From Eukaryota sp. TZLM1-RC (Eukaryota > Protista > Metamonada: BaSk clade), in assembly GCA_040285825.1 (NCBI GenBank), contig JAUPSS010000002.1, positions 248,001 to 312,000 of the forward strand: DNA of 64,000 nucleotides, read 5' to 3'. The notes beneath the pieces are model-generated. The model was not told where the DNA came from. It did not search any database and worked only from the letters and a program-made list of their open reading frames with translations. Below are positions 1 to 10,599 of this stretch, in pieces; positions within the stretch are counted from its first letter, which is position 1; each line of letters starts with the position of its first letter. The translations under genes were made by a program, and so were the position numbers.

Positions 1-59
1 AAAAGGGTGTTTGTGAAAACAAGTCGTCAGATTCTTCACTTTTTGTAACCATTGTACCA

Positions 60-565
60 CGAAGATTTGGATTGTGTGCCACTAATGAAGCATTTGTAAC
101 AAAAATGAGATTATATTTGAACATCCCCATTAACCAATTATTATCAAAAAGAAAAATGTATTTGTTCGAATTCACCTCAACTCACTTTGCGCCATGCTCT
201 GAATTGCTCGGAATTGATAACTTATCGTTCTTCATTACATGATGCTGTTAGAGACACTGTTTTCAATATGGCACAAACTGCAAGGATATCGTGTATCAAA
301 GAGCCCCTGCTGAAGGAAACACTTTCTCTGAATAATTTTGGTTCTGATGATAGAGGTGATGTATACTGTGATTGGATTGATAATTCTGAAGCTATTGTTG
401 ACTTTGTCTCATGTAATGTTGCAAATGATACTTTGGTTCACAGAAGAAAACTTAATCCGGTGGCTGCTCTGGATTTTAAAGCAAAAGAGAAACATAGAAA
501 ATATGATAAAGATATTGAAGAGGCAAATGTCGATAGAAATACACAGCTGGTTTTTATTGCTTCAA
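60..565 (+). mobile_element. Non-LTR retrotransposon 3' remnant (CRE/R2-type restriction-like endonuclease, family A)
   Basis: ORF 187..609 has HALNC (CCHC knuckle end), HDAVRD, EP, RGDV, IVDF, KxxKY in RLE order. Near-identical to 23039..23490 (-). Confidence 0.8.
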
Positions 566-724
566 AGGTACTCCTCTGTAAAAGGAAAACAAAGAAAAAG
601 AAACCTTAGAACATTATATAGTTTATTAGCATGGATAGAGACATACATTTGAGTAACTCAATTGAGTTAACAAATTAAATAAAAATAAACAAACATCAAA
701 CATTTAGCGTTTTCGGTCCTAAAT

Positions 725-2060
725 GTGTGTTTTGGATCAAAAATTAATCATCTTCTTCGTTCTTTATCTCCCACAATTTCTCATGATTTTGCACGTCAAT
801 TCAATACTTTGAGAACAAATTTTTTAGGAAATTTAGTAGAAGTTTGTCCATCTAAAATTCCTTATCATGCATTTTTTAGTCCTAAATTTGGTGGAGTTGG
901 TTTTTCAAAAGCAGAGTATTTATGCAAAAGTGCTTTTATTGGTGGTATGAAAAATTTTCTTTTGAATGGAAACTTCGTTTTGATCATATTCCTTTAAATG
1001 AATCACATCCTTTATTAATTTCTCTTGAAAAAAATGGTGCAAGAACTACCTGTTGATATTTGGAATAGGAGTTTTCCTTCAAGTTTGCCTGCTGTGCCTT
1101 CGAGATCTTTCACCAACCTTCATCTTGCTGTTGTGAAATTACAGAAATCTGTCCTTATTGGTTTTGAAGACCTGGATTTTTCTAAACGACTTAGTGTGAC
1201 TAAGATTAATAATCCCGTCTTTGCTGCCTTTTTATCAGACATTCAGAACTGTACTAGTTTAATATCTCAGCAACCAAGGCCATTTGGTCTTCACTTAACA
1301 AATGAAGCTTGGAAACAAAACATGCGGTTGAGATTAGGGATGTATCCAAGTGGTCTTTTGGACAATTCTTATTGTATTTGTAACAAAAAACCTACTGCCA
1401 ATTTTCGTCATATTGTGAGCTGTAAGAAATTTCTCCAATATAGGTCAGTTCTTCATAATGCCGTTCGTGATGTGACATATGAGATGTTCAAGTGTTACAA
1501 TTTTAGTTGCAAAGTAGAACCTTTGTTGAAGCATTATAGTGATGATAATCATTTTAATTCACGTCGAGGTGATTTAATTGCTCCTTTTGTGGATTCCTCT
1601 CAAGTTGTTGTTGATTTCACTACAGTTGATCCCTTTGCTTTTGTTTATCGCGATGATGTTTTACTTAGTACTAATGGTCATTTAAACAAGGCTGAAGATC
1701 GTAAGAGAGATAAATATACTGAGATATTAAATGATTTAAATAAGAACCTTTATTCGAAGTTTTCGTTTGTTCCTTTTGCCTTTTCGATTTTTGGCAACAT
1801 TGGACAATCCGCCTTGAATTTCATCAATGATTTTGGTAATTTATGTCGTTCAAGTGGTAAGAATTTTGCAGAGAATTTATGGAAAAATCGTATCATTTTC
1901 GCTTTGTACAGAAGTGTTCCCAAGTACTTGAGTTTAATGATGTCTAAACTTTATCAAGAGTTGGCGTGGAGAATTTAGTTTCTTATGTGTTTTAGTTTGT
2001 TTTGTTTTTATTTGATTCTTTATATAAATGGTTCAATAAATAAAATAAAAATAATAAAAA
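725..2060 (+). mobile_element. 5'-truncated RLE non-LTR retrotransposon (family B): RT thumb, CCHC, RLE, A-rich tail
   Basis: KFGGVG thumb motif (ORF 725..997), then RLRLG, CIC..HIVSC, HNAVRD, RRGDL, VVDF, KRDKY, FVPFAFSIFG (ORF 1025..1978), then an (AAAAT)n-like tail. Second copy at 48430..49380. Confidence 0.85.
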
Positions 2061-2217
2061 TACTAATTAATGAATATCTAAATGAAGGATAAAGCAGAAA
2101 ATCTAGATAAAATTAAAAACTAACTTTATAAATAATAAAATTTACAAATTAATGCGGACCAACCAACAAATTGATAATTATAAATAAGTTCTGAAATAAA
2201 TAATTTCAACAGCAAAA

Positions 2218-4290
2218 CTAAATCTGTCCAGAAAACGCATTTCTTGGATTACCTGTAGCACCATTTACATTAGGAGATGGGCCAGCAGTGGGAACATGAG
2301 GTCTGGGAACATTACTGGCATAGTGAGGAGTATTGGGTGGAGCTTTTACTTCATAGTGTGGATTGCCAATATACTGAGGAGGTGGAGGACCTTGATGGAA
2401 ATGGTTATTTGGAGGATACTGGGGTTGTGGCATCATTGGTCGGTTCGGTGCAGACCTTACACCATCAAAATCACCTTGACATGAAGGAATCACTTCTATA
2501 AACCTTTTCTGTACTCCTGCAATCATTTTGGCTCCATGGATCCTGTACATTTGAGTAGCTTCTTCTGTAGAAACACAAATATGAGCAAGACCAGAGTGCT
2601 TCCCTTGACGGTTATACTCAATAACTACATTCTCTAAAGGTAGCCTCAACCCAAAATTAACCAACCAACTATGAACTTCCTGTTCAAAGAACTTGAAAGG
2701 AACACCACGTAATTTGAAGAAAAACATTGGTCTGGGTGCAGGGGGATAATGATAATTCTGTGTTCCAAAACCTGGGGGTGGACCAATTGGATTACCATAA
2801 GAGTCATAGAATGGGGCATGAGGTCTGGGCTGAAATGCTACATTGGTATGTATTGGTGGTTGCTGCCTTGGGTCAACCGACTGAGCTGCATCAAATTGAT
2901 TTTGAATTTCCAAAGGTCCTGGATGGGGTGGATGGTTTTGTTGTTGAGGCTGTTGGGCCTTCTTCGACTTCTTCAACTGTTTAGGTGGAGAGTTGTTGCT
3001 TAAAAACTTCTGAGTTTGGCTATACATACGGTTGTACTCCTTTTCAGTAGATGGGCGAATCTGGATATAATTCTTTTCGTTGATCCAAACTTCACGATCT
3101 CTAGCTAAAATGGAATCGTAGGCTTCCTGAGTATCAACAAGGACAAAAACTTCAGTTAAGGATTGGGGCCTCTTATTTGAACCAACATTGCCGGGGAGAA
3201 CAAGAAGAGATTGAGGAACAAGAGGATGTAACCAGTCCAAAACTTGTTGCTCCTCCGTGCCAACAGGGACACCAAACAAATGGGCTATCCACAATGAAGA
3301 GGTTTCTGTGTTGGATGTGTCCAAGTCATTATTGACACATTCATCATCAACTTTTTTACGTTTATTAGGAGGCAATGCGGAATCAGTGAGCTCTTTCAAT
3401 GAAGAAACATAAGAGGAGTAAGAATTTGCTGTGATTTTGGAGATGCTGGGATAAGATCCCCTATAATACTTGCATGACTTTCTCAAAATATTTTCGTCCT
3501 TACCTACTGCAATGAGTACAAGAGATGACGAGTTAGGTACAGCAAAGCAAACTTCAGCACAGATAAATAAACCAAAATCTTGGGCGATAGATTGTTGATT
3601 CTCTATAGAAAGGTCTGACTCTATCGTAGAAAAATCCTCAATCCTAACAGGAACCTGGTGCTTGAATAACTTTTCAGCAGGAGGCTGTAGAGTCAGTATA
3701 TTGTCAAAATCCGGTTCTTTGAAGCTGGGTCTGGGCTGAACTTCTTGGTGGCAGTTTATAAAAGCAGGGGTCGACAAACAATTGCTTAATAACACCTCGA
3801 TAGAGAATTGCTGCTGCAATGACACCTTGAGAAACTCGCAATAGACATGTAACCGGTCCAGTAATGGCATCTCACCATAGTTGTCATTCAAAAGGCCATT
3901 TTGCTCCATTACAGCAAGAAAACAGTTTTCCTGTTCTCCATCATGAGACGGCCAAGCCTCTTTTACGACACTTTCAAGATAAACATGGTTTGAGAACGAA
4001 GGAGGTAACTTCTGACTGGGCCCAATTTCATCGACAATCTCAAGTAGCTCAGACTGGGGAAGAACTATTCCCAAGACATTGAACCCAGAAAGTGTTGACT
4101 GGCACTCGCTTAAGGCCTCCAATAATGTCAGACTCAAAATGCCATAAAGACGGCTGTTACTGTCCTCAACCAAGCAATGCCAAAACTTCTTCGTACGTTG
4201 CGTCTCAGTATCCCAGAGAGACCAAGCCAGGGATTGTACTTGTCCCTCTTCATTGCGCTCAGTGGCTACAAACACCAAAAAACTGGACAT
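2218..4290 (-). CDS. ESRP/Fusilli-hnRNP F/H-like quasi-RRM RNA-binding protein with Pro/Gln-rich regions
   Basis: qRRM signatures KLRGVPF...EV..W, GKHSGLAHI, KRFIEV, plus a second degenerate RRM (HLFGVP...YIQI). First ATG at 4290 (MSSFLV). Confidence 0.8.
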   Translation of the reverse strand: MSSFLVFVATERNEEGQVQSLAWSLWDTETQRTKKFWHCLVEDSNSRLYGILSLTLLEALSECQSTLSGFNVLGIVLPQSELLEIVDEIGPSQKLPPSFSNHVYLESVVKEAWPSHDGEQENCFLAVMEQNGLLNDNYGEMPLLDRLHVYCEFLKVSLQQQFSIEVLLSNCLSTPAFINCHQEVQPRPSFKEPDFDNILTLQPPAEKLFKHQVPVRIEDFSTIESDLSIENQQSIAQDFGLFICAEVCFAVPNSSSLVLIAVGKDENILRKSCKYYRGSYPSISKITANSYSSYVSSLKELTDSALPPNKRKKVDDECVNNDLDTSNTETSSLWIAHLFGVPVGTEEQQVLDWLHPLVPQSLLVLPGNVGSNKRPQSLTEVFVLVDTQEAYDSILARDREVWINEKNYIQIRPSTEKEYNRMYSQTQKFLSNNSPPKQLKKSKKAQQPQQQNHPPHPGPLEIQNQFDAAQSVDPRQQPPIHTNVAFQPRPHAPFYDSYGNPIGPPPGFGTQNYHYPPAPRPMFFFKLRGVPFKFFEQEVHSWLVNFGLRLPLENVVIEYNRQGKHSGLAHICVSTEEATQMYRIHGAKMIAGVQKRFIEVIPSCQGDFDGVRSAPNRPMMPQPQYPPNNHFHQGPPPPQYIGNPHYEVKAPPNTPHYASNVPRPHVPTAGPSPNVNGATGNPRNAFSGQI

Positions 4291-4418
4291 CTTATTGAGA
4301 TGAGGGAAATCAAACTCTTTTTCATCTTCTAAGAATCTTAAGATTCCAAAATTAACTCCTTCTCTTCTTGTCAGTCGTAACGGCCATGTTGTTCTTTGGC
4401 GCAGGTTGCATACATGCA

Positions 4419-5555
4419 ATGTCCAACTCAGTAATACTATCAGATCCTGATTCATCTAGTATTCTGTGCGTCGATAGGTCTATTTCTATTCCCTTTAACT
4501 ATATAGTTCCTCCGGACTCGCTACAGTCCACGTACATTTTTGATACAGTTTTTAAACCTCGTTTTTTACCATATCCTCTTGCTAAACCTTCAAATTCATT
4601 GTTGTTATTCCAAGGAGATTACATCAATCTTCATGAGCTATTTGGCTCTGCAAACAGTCCATCGTCCTTTCATTTTTCGCTATTACATCATTTCTTCTCT
4701 CAAAACTCAACCAATCAAGTCAATATTTCGATTAAAGCCCTGCTGCTCCATAATTCCTCCATTGTTGATCTTCTCTCCTCCAATTCTGATAACGTGAGAA
4801 TTTCGACGGATTCCACAGGTAGGACTGTTCTGCCTAATGCTTCCACAAAGATGGTCACCCTTCCTCAAGCTGGGCTTCAAGTACTCCATCGTGTCCATTC
4901 AAGGGCAATGGGATTGATGGAGAAATCAAGAAATGCTTCACAAGATATCGTCATCATTTTTGATGTTTTTAATCAAGCTTTTCAAGAAGGTTTTCCCTTT
5001 ACCTGCATTATTGGTCTGCTGTCATCGAGATCAACTCAAAGATCCTTTTCCCGTTTGTTATCCCAACTCCAAAGCCACCATAAAGTCAGTCCGTGCTGGA
5101 GAGAGAGTGGGTTTAATCACCTGTCAAGAATGGTGTTGTCTGATTTTGATTGCAATGTCCTGCATCACACAGTACTTGATGGTCGTCCTCACCTTGCAAA
5201 GGGTGACCATTCTTTGCTGAGAATTTCCATGAATTGTCAATCTGCTGATCTGATTTCAACGAGTAGACCATTAACCAACAGGCAGCTAGACTTGAATGCA
5301 TCTTGTTCATCGTTGGGTACTTCTTTTAGAGGAAAGGCTAATTTGAGCAGTAGTTTTGGTGCTAAAAGTCATTTTTTCGATTACAAAAGTGAATCCATAA
5401 GAAGAGAGTCAAATGCTGCGGAAGTTGATGAACTTCATAAAGCTCTTTCTGAGGAAGTGGGAAGATCTACAGCTTTGTCCTTGGAAGTGGAAAGGCTTCG
5501 ACTTGAAAATCAAAGACTTTTGGCGGAAAATGAAAGATTGCGGAAAGAGGTTTAG
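4419..5555 (+). CDS. Divergent kinesin-motor-like protein with C-terminal coiled coil
   Basis: YIFDTVF, NSSIVDLL, ISTDSTGRTV and PCWRESGF occur in kinesin motif order; no intact P-loop or switch motifs. Start may be 4386 or 4419. Confidence 0.6.
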   Translation: MSNSVILSDPDSSSILCVDRSISIPFNYIVPPDSLQSTYIFDTVFKPRFLPYPLAKPSNSLLLFQGDYINLHELFGSANSPSSFHFSLLHHFFSQNSTNQVNISIKALLLHNSSIVDLLSSNSDNVRISTDSTGRTVLPNASTKMVTLPQAGLQVLHRVHSRAMGLMEKSRNASQDIVIIFDVFNQAFQEGFPFTCIIGLLSSRSTQRSFSRLLSQLQSHHKVSPCWRESGFNHLSRMVLSDFDCNVLHHTVLDGRPHLAKGDHSLLRISMNCQSADLISTSRPLTNRQLDLNASCSSLGTSFRGKANLSSSFGAKSHFFDYKSESIRRESNAAEVDELHKALSEEVGRSTALSLEVERLRLENQRLLAENERLRKEV

Positions 5556-5772
5556 AATGGGTTTTTTTAACTTTTGTATTATATTTAATTAAAATCATTT
5601 AAAGCTTAATAAAAAACAGATTAATCTAATATAGTACAAATTTATTAACTTAATAAATAGAGAATATTCAAAAACCAAAAAAAACCAAATTCAGAGAAAT
5701 ACTAATAAATAATGAATAGTACAATAAATACTTGATAAAAATAAAGAAATTAATTATCACAAATTGAGTCAA

Positions 5773-8700
5773 TCAACCAGTAAAATGTGACTGACTTCTG
5801 TTGACTTCTGGTAATATTTGACCTTCTCTCTGAATTTGATTTAAACACTTTTTCAAATATGATACTTGATGATTCAATTCCTTAATGATTCCATTCTTTG
5901 CAGTCAAGTCTTTTTCCATCATTTCTAGTCTCGCGCTCTCTGAGACTAAACTAAAGTGTTCTCCTGGTCTGCCTTTCAGTACAGCTTGGTTAGCTGATCT
6001 TGACCTTCTATCAGTATAGGAAAAGAATTGTTGACCGGCCTTCTTTCCCGAAATGGAAGGTCCTGGAGCTGATTGAGGGCCGGGTTGAGTGGATGGTACA
6101 CCGTGAGCAGGTGACACTGGAATGGAAGATGACAAACGTCGATAGTCTGCCTTAAGTTCTTGGTTTAGAGTTTGAAGCTGCTGTTTTTCCCTTGCTAACA
6201 GCAAATTGTTCTTCCTCAGTTCATTCAACTCCTCAAGTAAAACACTATTCTCATGTATTTTTTGACTCTTCTCTTGTCTTGATTGAGCAGAAAGTTGATC
6301 TAACGACTTGGACAGGGTGGAAATGCTTTTTTCCAAGTAATTACGATGCCGAAGTACCTCTGAAACGGTACTATCTGAACTCCCATCAAATTCAGAGAGT
6401 GTATTCTTGGATGCATAAGTGTCATAGATTGCCTTCAGACAATCCCTCCAGAAGCGTTGATCAACACTAGTTAAGGTCTTCTTAACATCAGCAATAACAA
6501 GTTCAAAAAGTCTTTCCTTGTCTGACAATTTGACCCTTAGTTTTGACACTTCTGAATTAAGAGCTTTTATTTTGAGCTGTTGTTCCTGTGTTGTCAACTC
6601 CAAATTTATAGAATTCTGATGATCAAATTCAAGCTGCTTATCCATTTCCTCAATGTGCTCTTTCATGTTTTGCAGTTGGTCATCTCTTGGCTGGATTTGC
6701 GATTTCAAGTCCCGCATCTTAACACCCAACACATATTTAAATTTCTCTAAATGCTGATTTTTTTGACTAAGCTCTGAAACTCTTCGCTCTTTCTCGGCAA
6801 TGGTAAGGTCTCTTTCTTCTATTTCCTGTCTCAACATTGATATCCTTCTCTGGGTTTCAGACACTGTTCTGGTTAGGTTTTGTATTTCCAAGTCTTTTTT
6901 TCTTAATTCATTGTCTTTCGTCGCCAAATCATCTGAAAAAACTTGAAACTTTTTTTCATGGTGACCTAACTGATTTCGAAGTAAATTGTTTTTTTCTTCC
7001 AATTCAGAAATAGTTTTCCTAAACCTCCCCTCAGTTAAAGCAATCTCAGTGTCAAAGTCCTCGAGCATCTGTTTCGATTCTTCACTACTTGCCTTTGTAA
7101 GCAGTTTGTTCTCCTCAGTAACAGTTTTTAACTGGTCCATAAGAGAAAGTTCCTTGTCAGAGAAGGTTTCCTTCAAATTGTGTAACTCCTGGGCATGTTG
7201 TCGCTTCAATAGAGCAATTTGTTCTTCATAATGCTGTTCCAAATCATTTTTTTCAGCAATTACTTGATCCAAAAAGATTTTCTTTTCTCGAAGTATATCT
7301 TCATGAAAAGATTTCAAATTTGCTATATCTTGAGCATGTTTAAGATCAGATTCTCTATTTGAAGAAGCAAACTCTTCCTGTCGCTGGTCCAAAAGGTTCA
7401 ATAATCTTTCAATTTCTGATTGTTTCTGACTCAATACTTCATTACCGCGTTTCTCAATCAATTCAATGTCGTGTTGATGATTCTTCTGTACTCCACTTAG
7501 TGTCATTCCAAACTCTTGTTCTTTTTCCTTCAACATTCTATGTAATGACCCAACAAGTTCCATCTGCTCATCCAACTCATCTCTCAACACCAAGAGCCGA
7601 TCATCACCTTTATACCCACTGTATTCAGCTAGTTTTGGAAGGGACGAGTGAGGAGGAAGGACAGCTGAGATGAAGAGAGACCCGTCTCTAGAACCTGAAG
7701 CAATCAATGAAGGAAGACTTGACACTGCTGCAAGGCCAAATGAACCTAAATTTGTTGATTGCGTTTGTTCCAAACCCAATAAGCCTCTGCTACCAACCAA
7801 ACAAGTACAACTAAGGGTGTCTTGATGGAGATGTTTGGCACATATGGGTTTGGAAGTATCAGATGAGGAATCAATCAAATTTGATTGAGAACGCGATCGT
7901 GAGGTTAAATCAAGTCTATAACCAGCAGAATCATTTGCAGCGAGTGGAAACCTATAAAGATTCAAAGACCCGTCACTCAAACCAACTATAACCCATTCCA
8001 AGTCCAGAGTGACATCCAAGGACATCACTGAACTAGGTAATGCCATAATAGTGGAAGAAGAGCTCTTCTTGGTATCAGAAAAGTCGACAATTCGAAGCCT
8101 ACCATCCATTGATCCTGCCAGAGAGTAACCAATGTAGGTACTGTCGTCTTCGTTGATATCAACAGCCAAGGTACTTGAGACAGACCTACAATCCTTGACA
8201 ACACTTTCAACTAAACGATCGGGAACTGGGTTGACTTGCGTTGAATAGTCAAGATTGGTCAAATCCCAAACATACATACCTCCATCCAATCCTACACTGG
8301 TGAGTAGGGAGTCATCCATTGACCAAGAAAGGGAAGTGACGACATCAAGGTGAAGTCTGATGAGTGCATAACATTGACCTGTCCAAAATTTGTAAATTGA
8401 GACACTAGAATCAGACTTGGTGGCTGCCGCAAAGAATTGACCTCCATGGGAGACAGAAACGACAGAAACATTACGTAAAGGGAATTCCTTGACCGTAACA
8501 AAAGAGTTTTTCATTACAGCCAACAAACGTAGAGTATCTGTGAAGCCAGCCACCAAATAAAGGCCATCGGGATGAAAGGCAAGGGAATTGCATTGGGAGG
8601 AGAATAATTGGGCAACTTCAATCAGGTTACGTGACCAGTTAAAAACTCTGATTGATTGATCCTTACTGGAAACTGCGATGGTAGGTCTGGTGGAACAAGT

Positions 8701-9909
8701 GTCAATCGACAGAATTTCATCTGATGGAAAAGAACAAATCAAATAATCAATCAATCCTTCTTGACTTTTTGAGATTGATTCTTGTCCGGATGACGTGATG
8801 GACGAGTGTAGAGGTAAATCTGTATCTGACGACTTTGAAATACTGACGTCCAATCCATCATCAATCAAAGAAATTGGTGATGATGAAAGATTGATTGAAA
8901 GTAACTGCTTGTCTAGAGTTGCTCCAATCAAATTTGATCGAGTAGAAGGAACACTCGTGATAGTCAAAAAAGGTCTTTCTGGTGACGTACACACCACCTG
9001 CCTTGGTTGCCAGCTCACCTTATCATCATCACCAATTACCTTTTCAAACCAAGCAACATGACCAATCGAGGATGAAAGGAAAAGGTTCGTGAAGTTTCCA
9101 GTAACACTATAGACTTGGAGAGGAGAAGAAGTGTTAAAGGGTTGATTGATGGTGAAAATAAGTTCAAATTCAGAGAAAACTAAAACTTGACCACATTCAG
9201 TTCCCAAGACTAAGTAACTATCCCTTGACTTTCCTTGACCTTTTTGAGCTGATGACGTGATCCACACGTGATTGGTAAAGTTATATTCCCCTGCTTGTCG
9301 TTCCGTGAATGCAATTGGCAGTGGTCTGATCGCTTTCCCGCTAATTTTATAAAACTTTAATGCACAATCCCCAGACAATGCCAGTACATCATCATAATAA
9401 GGAACTATTGAGCAGTGAGACAAGGGCTTCTCAAACTTGTGTGTGACAATGATTCGCAGCCGTTCCCAAGCAAAGACTACTAAACAAGGAGAGTTAGATG
9501 TGAGGAGGACAGCTGTTTGGCCATCTGTGGAGAGAGACAGAGAGGTTATGTTAGTACTGTCCAAGCCCAGGTCAGCAAGAGAAATGGTTTTGATTCTAGT
9601 TCTGTTGGGAAAGGAGAAAAAAGAAACAGTATCTGGTTTGTTTTGATTGCACATTGTTTCGACTAGGGCAAGTACACCAGAAGAAGGAGAATATGATAGA
9701 ATCGAAGGACCAGATACCTGTGCAAGACGTTTTTCATCATCCTGGAAAAAGACCTGTTCTTTTGAGTCAAGGTGGAGTGAAACAAGACGACGCCCTACAC
9801 AGTAGGCGATATGTTCTTCATCCAAAAAAACTATAGCGTTTTGTACAGATGCATGAATGCCCCAAGCAAAAAGAGGAACAAGTGAGGATGTAGGAGGTGG
9901 TCGTACCAT
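5773..9909 (-). CDS. CFAP57: Cilia- and flagella-associated protein 57 (WD40 repeats plus long coiled coil)
   Basis: 1378-aa ORF; WD40 repeats (AFHPDGLYLVAGFTDTLRL) and the CFAP57-type segment LEKFKYVL..MRDLKSQIQPR. Confidence 0.9.
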   Translation of the reverse strand: MVRPPPTSSLVPLFAWGIHASVQNAIVFLDEEHIAYCVGRRLVSLHLDSKEQVFFQDDEKRLAQVSGPSILSYSPSSGVLALVETMCNQNKPDTVSFFSFPNRTRIKTISLADLGLDSTNITSLSLSTDGQTAVLLTSNSPCLVVFAWERLRIIVTHKFEKPLSHCSIVPYYDDVLALSGDCALKFYKISGKAIRPLPIAFTERQAGEYNFTNHVWITSSAQKGQGKSRDSYLVLGTECGQVLVFSEFELIFTINQPFNTSSPLQVYSVTGNFTNLFLSSSIGHVAWFEKVIGDDDKVSWQPRQVVCTSPERPFLTITSVPSTRSNLIGATLDKQLLSINLSSSPISLIDDGLDVSISKSSDTDLPLHSSITSSGQESISKSQEGLIDYLICSFPSDEILSIDTCSTRPTIAVSSKDQSIRVFNWSRNLIEVAQLFSSQCNSLAFHPDGLYLVAGFTDTLRLLAVMKNSFVTVKEFPLRNVSVVSVSHGGQFFAAATKSDSSVSIYKFWTGQCYALIRLHLDVVTSLSWSMDDSLLTSVGLDGGMYVWDLTNLDYSTQVNPVPDRLVESVVKDCRSVSSTLAVDINEDDSTYIGYSLAGSMDGRLRIVDFSDTKKSSSSTIMALPSSVMSLDVTLDLEWVIVGLSDGSLNLYRFPLAANDSAGYRLDLTSRSRSQSNLIDSSSDTSKPICAKHLHQDTLSCTCLVGSRGLLGLEQTQSTNLGSFGLAAVSSLPSLIASGSRDGSLFISAVLPPHSSLPKLAEYSGYKGDDRLLVLRDELDEQMELVGSLHRMLKEKEQEFGMTLSGVQKNHQHDIELIEKRGNEVLSQKQSEIERLLNLLDQRQEEFASSNRESDLKHAQDIANLKSFHEDILREKKIFLDQVIAEKNDLEQHYEEQIALLKRQHAQELHNLKETFSDKELSLMDQLKTVTEENKLLTKASSEESKQMLEDFDTEIALTEGRFRKTISELEEKNNLLRNQLGHHEKKFQVFSDDLATKDNELRKKDLEIQNLTRTVSETQRRISMLRQEIEERDLTIAEKERRVSELSQKNQHLEKFKYVLGVKMRDLKSQIQPRDDQLQNMKEHIEEMDKQLEFDHQNSINLELTTQEQQLKIKALNSEVSKLRVKLSDKERLFELVIADVKKTLTSVDQRFWRDCLKAIYDTYASKNTLSEFDGSSDSTVSEVLRHRNYLEKSISTLSKSLDQLSAQSRQEKSQKIHENSVLLEELNELRKNNLLLAREKQQLQTLNQELKADYRRLSSSIPVSPAHGVPSTQPGPQSAPGPSISGKKAGQQFFSYTDRRSRSANQAVLKGRPGEHFSLVSESARLEMMEKDLTAKNGIIKELNHQVSYLKKCLNQIQREGQILPEVNRSQSHFTG

Positions 9910-9911
9910 TC

Positions 9912-10540
9912 TACAAATATTGTCTATAACAATGAAATAAGTATCCTTTACTCTGATATCCAGGGACTGAGTTTTTGAGAAATGGATTATTTTCTACTTG
10001 ATACCTTTTTCTTTGAACCTTCATCAACCTTGACTCACTGCAAGTATACTGGTCTATCTTCACCATTTACATGTGCTTCCATCACGGCCAACATATTCAG
10101 CGGAGCATTGCGATCTCTATTCCACAATCTTTTGCATAATTTACACCGGGTAAGCCCGTGATCAAAGACATCTCATGTCTCTTCCATCGTCTTGGAGTTG
10201 TTGCATCGGAATGTTTCAACTGTTTTCTCAGCTTTCTTACAGTTGAAACAACATCAACTGGTTCGAAACTCATCAATTAAAAAGACCTTATAACCAGCCT
10301 TTTTAAACAAAATGCTCAAATCTTTTCCTTTGGTAGTTTCTTTGAATTTCATACATTTGCCTGGTTCCCAGTCTCCGATTCCGGTAACTACTTGGCTGGA
10401 ATCACCAATTTCTTTTTTGAAGCACTGAATCGTTCTTACCTCAGATCTTGTGCGATTTATTTCAACTCACCATCTTTGTTGTCTACATAATTTTTTGTAA
10501 TAGACCTCATCAATCTTAATGTTTGTATTGTTCTCTTAAA
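9912..10540 (-). pseudogene. Fanzor (eukaryotic TnpB) C-terminal RuvC remnant, copy 1
   Basis: Minus strand reads INRTRSE...IGDWEPGKCMKFKETTKGK...KAGYKVFLIDEFRTS...CKLCKRLWNRDRNA, with stops and frameshifts. Confidence 0.85.
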
Positions 10541-10599
10541 ATACTCTATAAATTTTTTATTCAAATTTTTTTATTTACTAATTTATTTCAACGAGAAAC

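Noticed and set aside
6192-9836. Many short ORFs antisense or out of frame to long genes (also within the pol and RRM genes)
   Set aside because: Shadow ORFs with non-ATG starts and no domain signal.
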